The notes below the pieces were generated by a model. It searched no databases, had not been told where the DNA came from, and saw nothing but the letters and a program-made list of their open reading frames with translations. A DNA stretch of 64,000 bases from Amoebidium appalachense (lineage: Eukaryota > Protista > Ichthyosporea), in assembly GCA_963693365.1 (NCBI GenBank), contig CAVNZM010000005.1, positions 372,001-436,000 on the forward strand. Direction: 5' to 3'. This document shows positions 21,294 through 33,016 of the stretch, piece by piece (positions within the stretch are counted from its first letter, which is position 1; every line of letters begins with the position of its first letter). Made by a program: the position numbers and the translations under genes.

Positions 21294-22922
21294 TGGTGTG
21301 TGTTCTCTGTCACAAGTTGTGTTTGCGTGTGCGTTGTGCATATGACTGGTCGCAGTATAGTATTTGCCAAATTATGTGCGTGTACGTGGTGCGTATGTGC
21401 GTGATCGTGGGCATGTGTGTGCACGTGTGTGTGTGTGTGTGCGTGTGTGTGTGCATTAGCATGGGCGTGGGCGTGGGCGTGTGCATATGCGTGTGAGTGT
21501 CCGTGTGCGACTGTGTGCCTGTGCGTGTGCACATGTGCGCGCGCGCGTTCGACATTTGGCTAGCATGGAAAGAAAACCTTTAGAGGTGTGGGTGTATGTG
21601 GGTGTGCGTGTGTGTACGTGGAGGTGGTGGGGGGGGTCAGGGAGGGCATGACTGCCTTTAATAATGAGCAGTAGCCTAGTTGAGATAGGGATAAGGATTG
21701 TCCGGTTGTTTCTTGATCAGAGGCGACCAAAGTTATCTTCAGAGATATTCGGTATTACTTAACAAAAACCAATAATGCCTTTTTTTGCACCGCTGGATAC
21801 TTGCCGAGGAACGACAGTCCAACCAGAGCTGGTAACGGACTGCTTGCGTTTTTTACTCCCCCCCACCCGCCCAAAAACAAACAAAAAAAAAAAAAAAAAA
21901 AAAAAAGGAGGGAGGGGGGAGGGGGGGGGGGGGGGGGGGAGGGGTCCGAGGGTTCACCACTCTCAAACAAATCCTCCCTCCCCCCCCCCCCCCCCCCCCC
22001 CCCCCCCGTCCCCCCCGTCCCCTCCCCATCTCATTGTACATCCCCCCCCCCCCCCCCCTTTTTTTGGGGGGGGGAGGGGGGGGAGGGAGGGGGGGGGGGA
22101 AGAAAAGAAAGTACCGTTCTGGAGCGCTTTCTCCTTCATAAGCTCACGTGACATGCAACGGTTTGTGTTTCATATCACTTGCACGTTTGCCGTGAGAGCT
22201 AGTGCAAGATTTATTTTCTCACAACCCTTTTTAGAGTTAAAAAAACTCTAATTATAGCTGCGCGTCTGTCAACAGGGCACGAAAATGAACTTTTAATGCC
22301 TCTGTGTGGAAATCTAACGGCAGCACAGTGTCTAGCATGTCAGAAACGCTTCACACTATACCATCTCTGGAGACGGCACTCCACTTATTAGCTAGAAGGG
22401 CGGCACCGTAAGCTAGCTATCCACTATCTATCGTGTCACTAAACTAAGGCACATGGTGGTTGGCACCCAGACTATTAATAAAGTCTTCACACTATTGAGT
22501 CGTCACTAAAACCCTTATTATCCCGCGCTGTCTCGTGTCTGCAGCAATACACAAGTACGACAGCTAGTGACTGAAACCTAACACTAACGTAGCTAAGGTG
22601 ATCAAGCTTATCCACAAAGGTGCTGAGTGCTGCAAGTGTGTGTGACGGCACACACACACTGACCATCACAAGTGTCGGGGGTGACCTACAAACGACGGCA
22701 CACTCGTATTTAATGACTGTCGAGCCCAGAGCTGCTGTCCAGACAGTAGCTGCTTATATACGAGGGCAAGTACACTTGTGCTCTCTTTTGTGGTCCTGGT
22801 GCGCTCGGGAACTTCACCAGAATATTCTCTAAACAGATCCAGCCCGGGATCTAGGTGGTGCGTACGCGTAGCTAGCCAAACGGAGCTAACAACGGCGCAA
22901 GCCCTAGTGGCCATAATCGGAG

Positions 22923-23121
22923 TCTAAAGAAAGGAAAGACACTGTGAACAGTATGTTTCAGTGGTCCGTTTCGAGACTTGCCAGACTGACCTTCCGAGGT
23001 CTGTCTACCGTGTTTTATTTGCAGGTGGATAGACATCAAGATATCAGCGTGGATGGATATCCACCAATGTGAATATCGGTTTCGCTTATCGGCGAGTAGT
23101 CGACGAGTGCTCATCAGCACA
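22923..23121 (-). repeat. 3' LTR (199 bp)
   Basis: Near-identical to 25015-25213; minus-strand termini TGTG...TAGA. Confidence 0.9.
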
Positions 23122-23830
23122 TCCCCCGCACAAAGAAGTCTGGCTTCGTCCCTGAAGCCTACCTTGTGCATCTCTGAGAGATGAGCGCACTCTTTCAACA
23201 AATACTAAATTCTATGTATTCTTATATATTGACTATTCCACTGTATCTATTCCATTATACTATTCTAGGTGAGTGGCTTTTGATTGTGGAGTCTGCCACG
23301 AAACTCCAGGTTTTAGGGGGAAAACACTCTCAGAAACCCCAAGGGCTCTACTCCTAGTCCCTTTTCGTGAACAATGAGCACATGGTCATGCTAGTCCAGC
23401 TAGCTTTTCTAGACCAGAGAGCGGGCGTGTGTGGTTTTGTGCCATTGTTTTGAGAATCGTTGTGATAAGCTGTGCCATCGCATCTGCATGGCTCGCATCT
23501 CAAACCACTGTTTTTTTTTTGTTTTTTTTTTGGTATAAGTCGTGGTACTACAAGTCTGTATGTACCGTGGCCATTGCCCAGAATCTGTTGCGTTTTCAGC
23601 CAGCAAAAAAGCATGGAACACCTTTACACTTACATCTTTCGAGTTCTTAGAAAGTTAGGTCTGTTAGTTAGGGTTGCTCAAGTCTGTAGCACCCTACTAC
23701 GTTCTTCTCTTTCTTTCCCTTTTGAATGCTCATGCAAGTGTGTCTCATTGCAGTATTGTCAGCTGTCTGCGCGACACATTCTTGACAGGTCGCCGTAGCG
23801 TGATGGATGGGGAGTCTTGCAGAGTTCTGG

Positions 23831-23843
23831 CTTTTTTATTCTA

Positions 23844-23879
<36 letters not shown>

Positions 23880-24850
23880 CACGTTTTGTTCCCGGAGGGC
23901 CTTTTCAGGCCCTCTAGGGAAACTACCGTTTACCACACAGCACCGACAGTACACTAGTTAAGGTGCTATCTATGAGTTCAGCTAAGCTAAACCATCCTTC
24001 ACAACCTAACTATAAGTACACACTTTGCCCAGGGCTACTACCCCAGCCACGCCGGCAGGAGGCTCCAGTCCTCCCTTCCATTCAAACACTAGCAATAAAA
24101 ATTAACCGAGGGCTCTCATTGGTCGATCTACAGTATTGGGAAGTCCTAGGTGTTGTGTATAATTTTTACGGTGGGTATGGGTGGATGATGGGGTGTGGTG
24201 GTGGTGGTGGTGGGGGGTTGCTGCCTAACATTATGTGTTGTTGTACGTATGTTGTGGCGATGTTTTTGTGGACTTAAAGGTGGGTTTTACAGGGCACACC
24301 GGGTCTGTGTGTGTTCCGGCAGTCAGAACAGGCCGGCCGGGTGTGTGTGGGGGGTGTATTTGTTGGTGTTTTGGGTTTTTGGGGAGCCATACTTTTCTTT
24401 CTACGGGTGGTGGGTATATGGTGGTGTTTTTGCATTTTGGGGTGTGTGGGGGGGAGTGTTGTGTTCCGTGGGTGCCAAATTTGTGAAAAGAAAAAGGATT
24501 GCAACTCTGCTGTGATTTTTCCTAAGATGGCCCGGGTGGTGGTCTTGGTGGTGCCGGTGGCTGCAAGTAGTGGGCCCACCGATCGTGAGCAGAATCCCCG
24601 TTCGACCCACTTGATGTCTTCGGGGTCAGGTGGGTCACCGTTGCCTCCTATCCAGCTTATCCATGCACATTGGTCTACCACCGTGGCTGCCGTATGGTGG
24701 TGCTGTGCCGTGGGGGTGTTTGGATGACGAGTGTGCAGGGCGTTGTGGATGCAGGCTGTGATGGCGGTGGTCAGGGTGGGGACTTCCCCGGCACGGGCCG
24801 GGCAGGCCCAGAGGTGGGTGGTGGTCTCAGGGTGCTGGCTGCACCGGGGG
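23831..24850 (-). mobile_element. 5'-truncated non-LTR retrotransposon (LINE), 1020 bp
   Basis: Flanked by exact 13-bp TSD TGCAGAGTTCTGG (23818-23830 and 24851-24863). 3' end has a (TAA)~11 tail plus A-rich bases; 5' end starts inside a CCHC zinc-knuckle coding segment. Confidence 0.88.
24274..24850 (-). pseudogene. C-terminal fragment of LINE ORF2 (zf-RVT-like CCHC finger and distal region)
   Basis: Open frame PRCSQHPETTTHLWACP...KWVERGF...FFFSQIWHPRN matches the C.C....ET..HL..C and distal IW..RN motifs of non-LTR RT proteins. First Cys is cut by the truncation. Confidence 0.75.
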
Positions 24851-25003
24851 TGCAGAGTTCTGGGAGTCGTAAAGTTTTGGCAGCGTCAGAGTGCGGAAGC
24901 GTGGAGAAGGAGAGAAACAAGAAGCGCGCTGCTGTAGTTCGTCTACTACTGCAGATGTCGTGCGCCATGAGTTCTTGCGCAGTGGAAGAGCAAGATCCAA
25001 AAA

Positions 25004-25014
25004 GTCTGCTACCA
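25004..25014 (-). promoter_or_regulatory. Primer-binding site complementary to the 3' end of initiator tRNA-Met
   Basis: Minus strand TGGTAGCAGAC directly abuts the LTR; animal tRNAi-Met ends ...CUCUGCUACCA. Confidence 0.8.
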
Positions 25015-25213
25015 TCTAAAGAAAGGAAAGACACTGTGAACAGTATGTTTCAGTGGTCCGTTTCGAGACTTGCCAGACTGACCTTCCGAGGTCTGTCTAC
25101 CGTGTTTTATTTGCAGGTGGATAGACATCAAGATATCAGCGTGGATGGATATCGACCAATGTGAATATCGGTTTCGCTTATCGGCGAGTAGTCGACGAGT
25201 GGTCATCAGCACA
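25015..25213 (-). repeat. 5' LTR (199 bp)
   Basis: Near-identical to 22923-23121. Confidence 0.9.
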
Positions 25214-25493
25214 GGAGCACGGATAGCCGGACGCAATCTGATCGGATAGCCAAGTGACTAAGAAACACACGTATTTACAGATCTCTCTAACAAAGACAAA
25301 AAAATACCTAAAATAGAACTAAGGAGTGAGCAGATATCATTACACACATTATTTATTTTGACATAGCACATATGTAGAGATCTGTGTCATAGCTAAATAA
25401 CAGTCTATGTGCAGTGGATCCCTCGAAAACAACCTCACTTTACATAAACTTTAAAGCCTCAAATCATACATGCCAATGTGCAAGTGCCGGTAT

Positions 25494-26378
25494 CTAGAAA
25501 ACCAACTCACTAAACCTTTCTAAAAACCTAATTGCCGCAGGGCTGCCACATGCCATAGCCAGCAGTGAAAAGTCACTGTCGACGATTTGATTGGCTGGGC
25601 ACCTTATATGTGCTGCGGTGAGGTAAAGGTTCAAGTCTGCCAGAAGTTTAACCAGTGTGGGGGCATGCATGGTCACCACATCGATCTTCTCTTGCCCTTT
25701 CTTGGCAGCATTCAGCATCGAAACCACCTTGTTGTCGCTCATCCCAAGTGTGCTGCGTCCCCCTATCTCCACTATTGCGTATCCTGACTGTATTCCTGCT
25801 TGTTCGGCTGGTGATTCCGGGATCACACCAACTATTTCAGACCCGTCATAGGCCAAGATACCTATTTCATGCAGTGTCATGTCGGCGCTCGGGGATGCAC
25901 ACAATGTCATGTAGATGTGCATAACATTGACTCCGTGAAACACAAACAGGGGTGTGTCTGCTACCTCCAACTCCACCTCGCTAACACTGCGAAGGAAGTT
26001 AACAATTTCCTGCTCCTCCATAGCTGAAAAATCACGCTGGTTGCACGAAAGCAACTCGTCACCAAATTTCAATCCTGCTCTGTATGCCGCAGAACACACC
26101 CCGGGAAGGCTTAGCTCCTCGACAAACACCACAAAAACACGCCCGTGCACGGCAGAAATCACCACACCAAATTCCTCGCCGGCTATCTTACGCAAGTATA
26201 TATCTCTCCGAATGCACCGTGGCATCTCTTCTCCCATCCTCACGTTATGTCTGGGCGGGGGTGTGTGCGTGTGTTTATCGCATTGTGCTTCGTCGCGCTC
26301 ATTTTGGGTGGCTGATAGACTGTGGAGGGTGGAGCTGAATGGTGAACCGGGGGGTGACGGGCTGTGTGACGGGGACAT
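25494..26378 (-). CDS. Tandem-PDZ protein, syntenin (SDCBP)-like, intronless (294 aa)
   Basis: IRRDIYLRK...EFGVVI....GRVFVVFV...SAAYRAGLKFGDELL, linker LEVADTPL, then a second PDZ IGIL...SEIVGVIPESPAEQAGI....IVEIGGRSTLGMSDNKVVSML. Parallels the syntenin PDZ1-PDZ2 layout. Confidence 0.85.
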   Translation of the reverse strand: MSPSHSPSPPGSPFSSTLHSLSATQNERDEAQCDKHTHTPPPRHNVRMGEEMPRCIRRDIYLRKIAGEEFGVVISAVHGRVFVVFVEELSLPGVCSAAYRAGLKFGDELLSCNQRDFSAMEEQEIVNFLRSVSEVELEVADTPLFVFHGVNVMHIYMTLCASPSADMTLHEIGILAYDGSEIVGVIPESPAEQAGIQSGYAIVEIGGRSTLGMSDNKVVSMLNAAKKGQEKIDVVTMHAPTLVKLLADLNLYLTAAHIRCPANQIVDSDFSLLAMACGSPAAIRFLERFSELVF

Positions 26379-28039
26379 GTTACCAACCAGGCATCTCGTC
26401 TTGGGTTTTTTTGTTTTTTTGTTTTTTTTTGTTGAGAGTGATGTGTTTTCAATTCAAGCTTGCAAGCTGAGTTGCAGAAGAATTCAGGCTTTGTCTCTTA
26501 TGCTGCTGTGTAGTCGGCTCTCTGCAGATTGACTGCTAAAGCTGCCTGCAGCGTAAATTGAAATCGTGAACCATTGCTTATATATATGGTGCTCGCTAAG
26601 TAAATTTGTATACTACAATTAGGTTTTTTTATTTCAAAAAAAAGGCCAGATATTATTGCACCGGTACCGGAAGAAGAGAAAGGTTGGGGAGAAGATATGT
26701 TACACAGTTATTGTCTTTTGTGTGTGGATGTGCCAGCGGTCATTCGCTTATTTGACTGGAACCTACTTACAGCTTCAACATAGATCTTACACAATTTCTG
26801 TGCACCGAGTCATCAGGAAGCCTTGTTTAATATACTATTGTTGAATCAATGGATGCGCTAACATCCAATCAACATTCTGTATGCTTTACGCTAATAGTAA
26901 GGCGTGACATTTAGATGACAAAACCCAATCATCAACAGTCCTAATAATCCTCCAAACTAAATTGGGGGTGCTCATCTGTAAAACCAAGAGCTGAAAATTC
27001 TTAGGAAAGCTTGGAACATGACTCCACAGCCTCAGCCACTCGAGCAATAAATGAGAAAAGCACAAAAAAAAACTTATTTAATTAACAATAAGTTTTTCTT
27101 ACCTACATAACACACATGTTAGGATTCCCTCGATGCATATGCACATACATGTATCACTGTGTTTATACATGATCATATGCACGAAGATATATATACTAGT
27201 GCTAATTCTAAGTGAGGTATTTTAGTACTGACGTGTCACACGACGTGAGGGGAAACCGGACAAACATGACTCGCTTCGCGTACGTCCGTAACTTTCATAT
27301 TTTTTACATCCAAAAGGAGTATGCGATACCTCGCACCCATCTGACAAGTTGATCAAGCCTTTTGAATGGATATAATTCAATTATTTATTTAATACAGAAA
27401 ACGACTGAAGGGCAGCCCACATTAAAGGGTTGTGGGGGAACCATTCCCTTTGATAATTATCCAGTAGAAAGGAATGTGCCACAAATCCGTCGGATTGGTC
27501 AGATTGGGATGGTCGGAGTGATTCACTGATACGGGGCGGGGCAACCCCACTGTGACTGCCCAGGTGGAAAGTTGCATCGGTATTTGTTTTCTTTTGTTAT
27601 TTACCAATGCTGATACATAATTCAGACGTTGCCTGATGATTTCTGGACTTGCCTTCGTGTAGTAACGGACATTTAGCGGCATGTTATATGGGGGCTAATG
27701 TTGTGGCTGGAGTGAAGAGCTCGGGATCTTCACGTGAGTGTACAGTAATACACATGTGCGTGTGCAGCATTGCACACGAGGGGCAGTGCTCCCACCGTTC
27801 CCCAAAATATAGGCCGTGTAAGCCCTGTGGAATATGTGGGGACGTTTTTTGGTGGGTTTGTGTCACGGATTTGTGTGCGTGTGTGTGTGCGTGCGCATGC
27901 GGCGTGTGCGCGTGCCGTGTGTGCGTGTGCGTTTGTGTTTGCGTGTGTGTTTGGTTATGTGGATATGCGGGCGTGCGTGTGAGTGTGTGTGTGCGTTCAT
28001 GTGGGTCTGTATATGTGTGTGTGGTATGTACGCGCGCGC

Positions 28040-28086
<47 letters not shown>

Positions 28087-28309
28087 TGTGTGTGTACCTG
28101 TGTCTGTGGATGAATGCGTGCGCAGACATGCGCGTGTGTGTGTACATGTGTGAAGGGTGTGTGGCGGTATGGGTATGTTTGTGTGTGTGTGTGGGTGTGT
28201 GGGTGTGTGTGGGTGTGTGTGTTTGCGTGGGTGTGCGTGTGTACGTGTGTTGTGTGTGTGTGCGTGTGTGTGTTTGTGTGTGTGCCGGTGTGTGTGTGTG
28301 TGTGTCTGT

Positions 28310-28362
<53 letters not shown>

Positions 28363-28366
28363 ACAC

Positions 28367-28402
<36 letters not shown>

Positions 28403-28645
28403 GGTGGGTGGGTGTGCGCACGTATTCTTTTGAGTAAAATTATGTATTTGCACAACATATTACGTCAAAGAACAGAGACTGATTCATACAATTACTCGCC
28501 AAAAACAGAAGTTGTCGCATAATTTGATTGCAAGGATGGTAATCACTAATATTAGGGGCACTTCGAATTATCCCGTCCGGTCTACATGGAACCCCGATTA
28601 TCTACCTAGCAAAAGTACTTAGTCTTTTTTATTTTGCCTCTCTTC

Positions 28646-28698
<53 letters not shown>

Positions 28699-29088
28699 GG
28701 GGGGGAGGGGGGGGGGAGGGGGGGGGGGGGGATGGAGGGAGTGGAGGTGGAAAAAGGGGTTCCAGGTGCAGTTGAATTCGAACCGGATTTTTTCCCCGTC
28801 AGTGGCTGTCATTCAACCCTCATCCCCCCCTCCCCCCTCCCCCCCTTCCCTTCCCCCCTCCTCTTTTTTGCTAGATCTCTTTCTGGTTGGGGGGGGGGAG
28901 GAGGGGGGCCGGGGTGGGGTGGATGGGTGGGTGAGTGCCACTGGGGGGGGGGGGGGGGGGGGGTTACCCGCCCACTCGGGGGGACGACAAGTTTCACTCG
29001 CACCATCAGAGAGTATAGCTAACCATAGAACTATTAGGGTGGTGCGCCCCCTTTCCCCCCTGCGCCCTCCCCCCCCCCCCCCCCCCTG

Positions 29089-29298
<210 letters not shown>

Positions 29299-29955
29299 CC
29301 CCCCCCCCCCCCCTCTCTCACTCTCACTCTCTCCCTCTCTCTATTTCTCTCCCCCCCTCCCCCCCCCCCCCCCCCCTCTCTCCCTCTCGGTCTCTCCCCC
29401 CCCCCCCCCCCCCCGCCCCTCCCCGCCCACCCCACCCTGTCAGAAGCCCCTCCCCCCGACGCCAACCGAGCTAATCAGGGGTCCCTCCCTTTCTCCTCCC
29501 TCCCCACCCCCCCCCCCCCCCCCCCTCCCCCCTATTCAATCTCCCCCCTCCCCTTCTCCCCCCGTTTGCCTCAAATACTATGAATCTGATCTGGTCTATG
29601 GCTTAGTGATGGGCCCTCTCGGGCTCTTCCAACCCTTGTGGTCACTTAAATTAGCTTTGTGCTGTATGGATGTACGGGGCAGAGATTAGTATCGGGATAA
29701 ATGAGGGCAGTTAATTCGAAAACAGTTACACACGGTGAGGCCTTTGCTTGTTAGGAGCCCACAAGGACTATGAACACCAAATCCCTGCCCTTGATCCTAA
29801 AACCCCACACGTATACGCCCATGTACAAAACGAAAATTTTACATACACACACACACGTGCACATACATGCGCACACATGCATACACACACGCACACATAC
29901 AAATACACACACACGTGTACATGCACAGACACACGCACACACACACACGCACACA

Positions 29956-29986
<31 letters not shown>

Positions 29987-30083
29987 GCACGCACACGCAC
30001 ACACACATGGGCACGCATACCAACGCACACGCAAACACACACCGTTTCAAACACCAACAACACACACACACACACACAGTTCA

Positions 30084-30124
<41 letters not shown>

Positions 30125-30872
30125 ACGTACACGCTCACGCACACACACACACACACGCGCACACGCACACACAGATTCACACAGAGTAGCAGTTGTATGC
30201 TGCACATTGTACACAAGCCTGGTGTGTCGCACACATTTCGCATATGCCCGCGGCCCACATGCCTGTCATGGCATGAACCCCCCCCTCCCCCCCCCCCCTC
30301 CTCCACCACCACCCCGGACCGACACATTCCCCCAGCCCCCAGCCCACCCAAGTTCCTACATGGTAACCTGCAAACAGCCTGAACCTGACAATTGGGTTAT
30401 TTTCATGGTGGCATACACAGACAACCATTTCGAGATGAGGTGCACAGTGGTACTATCAGCCTCTAATACTGGGGACGATGCAAGCAAGGAAGAAACTGAA
30501 TAGAACTACTTTGATCAGGGCTTCATATAATGTAGCTAAACAAAAAAGAATTCAATGGATCATCACCATAAGAGCCGGGAGGCATATTAAAATGTAGCAC
30601 GCGCCACAGTTTTAGTGGTTGCGGTTGGATTTTGTAGCTGTGTGTGTGTGGGAAGCGGGGGGGGGGGGGGGGGGGGGGGGGGGAGAATAGGAACAAAAGA
30701 TGGTCATTGCAGCTATGTAACTGAGACTGCTGGGAGGAAGGGGGGCGGGGGGGAGGTTTGGTTAAGCTGGGAATTGCGGCATCTCACTCCGGGCATAGGA
30801 CGAGAAGGAGGACGTGGGTGAGGAGGGGGCGTGGGGGAGAAGGGGGGGGGGGGGGGGGGGGTCAACGATTGC

Positions 30873-30915
<43 letters not shown>

Positions 30916-31170
30916 CGCGCGCGCGTGTGCGTGCAGGCGTGCGCATGTGTGTGTGCGAGCGCGCGATTATGTGTCTTTTTTTTCCTAGGCCGGGGGTGGG
31001 GGAGGGGGGGAGTTGGTTTTTTTTTTTGTTTTCGAGGGAGGGGGGGGGCATCTTGGCACGCACTGAAAAAAGAAAGAAAGTCGTAAACAGAACACAACGT
31101 AGAGCCTGGTCCCTGCCTCTACACAAGTGAACGGGTATGAAGTTGAACAAGCAGAATCGAGGGCACAGGT

Positions 31171-31201
<31 letters not shown>

Positions 31202-31769
31202 GGCGGTGCTTGGACGTCAAGCGCTAGGTGTGGGTGGGCGGGCGAGCGTATGGTGGTTGTAATTGGGGAGGAAGCACGAGAGGATACACATTTGAAGGCC
31301 GAAAGGTGGGGGGGGGGGGGGGGGGGGGGGGGGTGGGAGGAAGGGGGCGGGGAGGAGGGGATGGACATGAACACCAGGGGGATTGCTGAGGTGGGGCGAA
31401 GAAGGGATGCAAGATGAAAGTGTGGGTATTGCGGTTCATGGGAGGGTGGATAAGAAAGGGGGAAGGTATCTGTGGGGGGTTTGCACCTGTATGTGGTTAC
31501 TCATTCAGAAGTTTATTCTCAAATTAGAGGGTTATAGGGCTTATAACTACAAGGGTTCCCCCCTTTCAGTATGTAGTTTATACTATTGCTAAAATGGTTA
31601 TTTGGTGTGGAAACAGCACATTTTACATGCACTCTTGCATAATTAAATAGAATAGGCAGAAAGCTATACGAAAGGGTGTGCGCAATCAAGAGATAGCCTA
31701 TGCACTTACAGAAGTTACATCGAAGTTTCAAGTGATTTAGGTCAAACGTATCAGGGCAACATAAGGAAA

Positions 31770-31816
<47 letters not shown>

Positions 31817-32071
31817 CAACAACCCACTCCCCTCTCCCCCTCTCTTCCCCTGAGTCCACAACAGGGCCAGCCTATCATGCATTAGGGGATGACTATCCGA
31901 GTGCACAGGTGGTTGGCAACTACAAATACAACACACCGGGTTGTTCGTGTGCACTACACGTTTTTTCACAGAGCCCTACCAAAACACGGGCAGGCCTCTA
32001 TCCTCCAAATCCCAGCACGTGCCAAGACCCCCGTACCTTGCACGTGCCATGATCCCGTACCTTGCACGTGC

Positions 32072-33016
32072 CTAGTGGGTGGCTGGGGCAGGCAGGGGGG
32101 AGTTCCACCTTGCCCTGTGCTCGAGTATGGCGTAGGACACGGACACGAGGAAGGACCCCACCACGTTCCCCATCGTCACAGGGATGAGGTTGTTGATGAA
32201 CATCTCGCCCACCGTGTAGTGTGCACCTATCATCAGACCGAGCGGGAGGAAAAACATGTTGGCGATGCAATGGTCAAAGCCAATAGCAACAAAGGCCGCG
32301 ACAGGGGGCCACACACCCATGGCTTTGCCCGAGAGGTCGTGTGCCGAGGTGGCCAGATAGATGGCCAAAGCCACAAACCAGTTGCAGAACACGCCCTTGC
32401 AGAACGACACGTCGAAGCTCTGGTGCACCTTGTGGTCGAAGTAGCCTATGGCGCTGGTGGCAAACGCGTCACTGACCACACCAGACCAGTAGACCATACC
32501 GGCCAGCCACAAGGCCCCGGCAAAGTTGCACACCCACACCAGCGACAGGTTGAAAACAACACGCCCAATACCGAGACGACGGGCCATCCAGGCTGACACA
32601 GTGAACACGTTGGAGGTGAAGAGCTCGGCACCGGTAACGACAACGACGAAAAGGCCAACGGGGAACACGGCACCAAACACGAGCTTCTGCAGGCCTGGGT
32701 CGGTCTCCTTGATGGCCGGCATACAGCCGCACATGAGGGAGAGGAGACCCCCCAGGCCAATATATGCCCCGGCAAGGAAGGCGTGGCCGATGGACTCTTG
32801 CCATGTGTGGTTGGCTTTATGTGTGGCCATGTCGATAAGTGCTTCGTATGTGTCGTGTGGCGTCGTATAGCTGGAAACGGGCTGGCGTGAAGGGGCCACC
32901 GCGGCCGGGTGACTATCGACTGATTCATGGCCGTACATAGTTCCCATGCTGTGTGAGCTGGTATTGATTGGGTTCAGCGCTATCTCGCTGGCGCTGGGTT
33001 TACCGCCTTGCTCCAT
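32072..33016 (-). CDS. Formate/nitrite transporter (FNT family), intronless (~314 aa)
   Basis: FNT motifs AFLAGAYIGLG, FPVGL....GAELFTSN, W.CNFAGA, KGVFCNWFVALA, FVAIGFDHCIANMF and NLIPVTMGNVVG. First ATG at 33016 (MEQGG). Confidence 0.95.
   Translation of the reverse strand: MEQGGKPSASEIALNPINTSSHSMGTMYGHESVDSHPAAVAPSRQPVSSYTTPHDTYEALIDMATHKANHTWQESIGHAFLAGAYIGLGGLLSLMCGCMPAIKETDPGLQKLVFGAVFPVGLFVVVVTGAELFTSNVFTVSAWMARRLGIGRVVFNLSLVWVCNFAGALWLAGMVYWSGVVSDAFATSAIGYFDHKVHQSFDVSFCKGVFCNWFVALAIYLATSAHDLSGKAMGVWPPVAAFVAIGFDHCIANMFFLPLGLMIGAHYTVGEMFINNLIPVTMGNVVGSFLVSVSYAILEHRARWNSPLPAPATH

Larger units (their letters stand above)
22923..25213 (-). mobile_element. Non-autonomous LTR retrotransposon (TRIM-like, probably Ty3/Gypsy-dependent) with a nested LINE fragment
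   Basis: 199-bp direct repeats at 22923-23121 and 25015-25213 (2 mismatches seen). GGAG TSD at 22919-22922 and 25214-25217. On the minus strand PBS TGGTAGCAGA follows the 5' LTR and purine-rich GCGGGGA precedes the 3' LTR. No gag/pol recognised. Confidence 0.88.

Noticed and set aside
24670-25164. 164-aa + strand ORF across the LINE/LTR junction
   Set aside because: Spans three unrelated element parts in antisense, so it is incidental.
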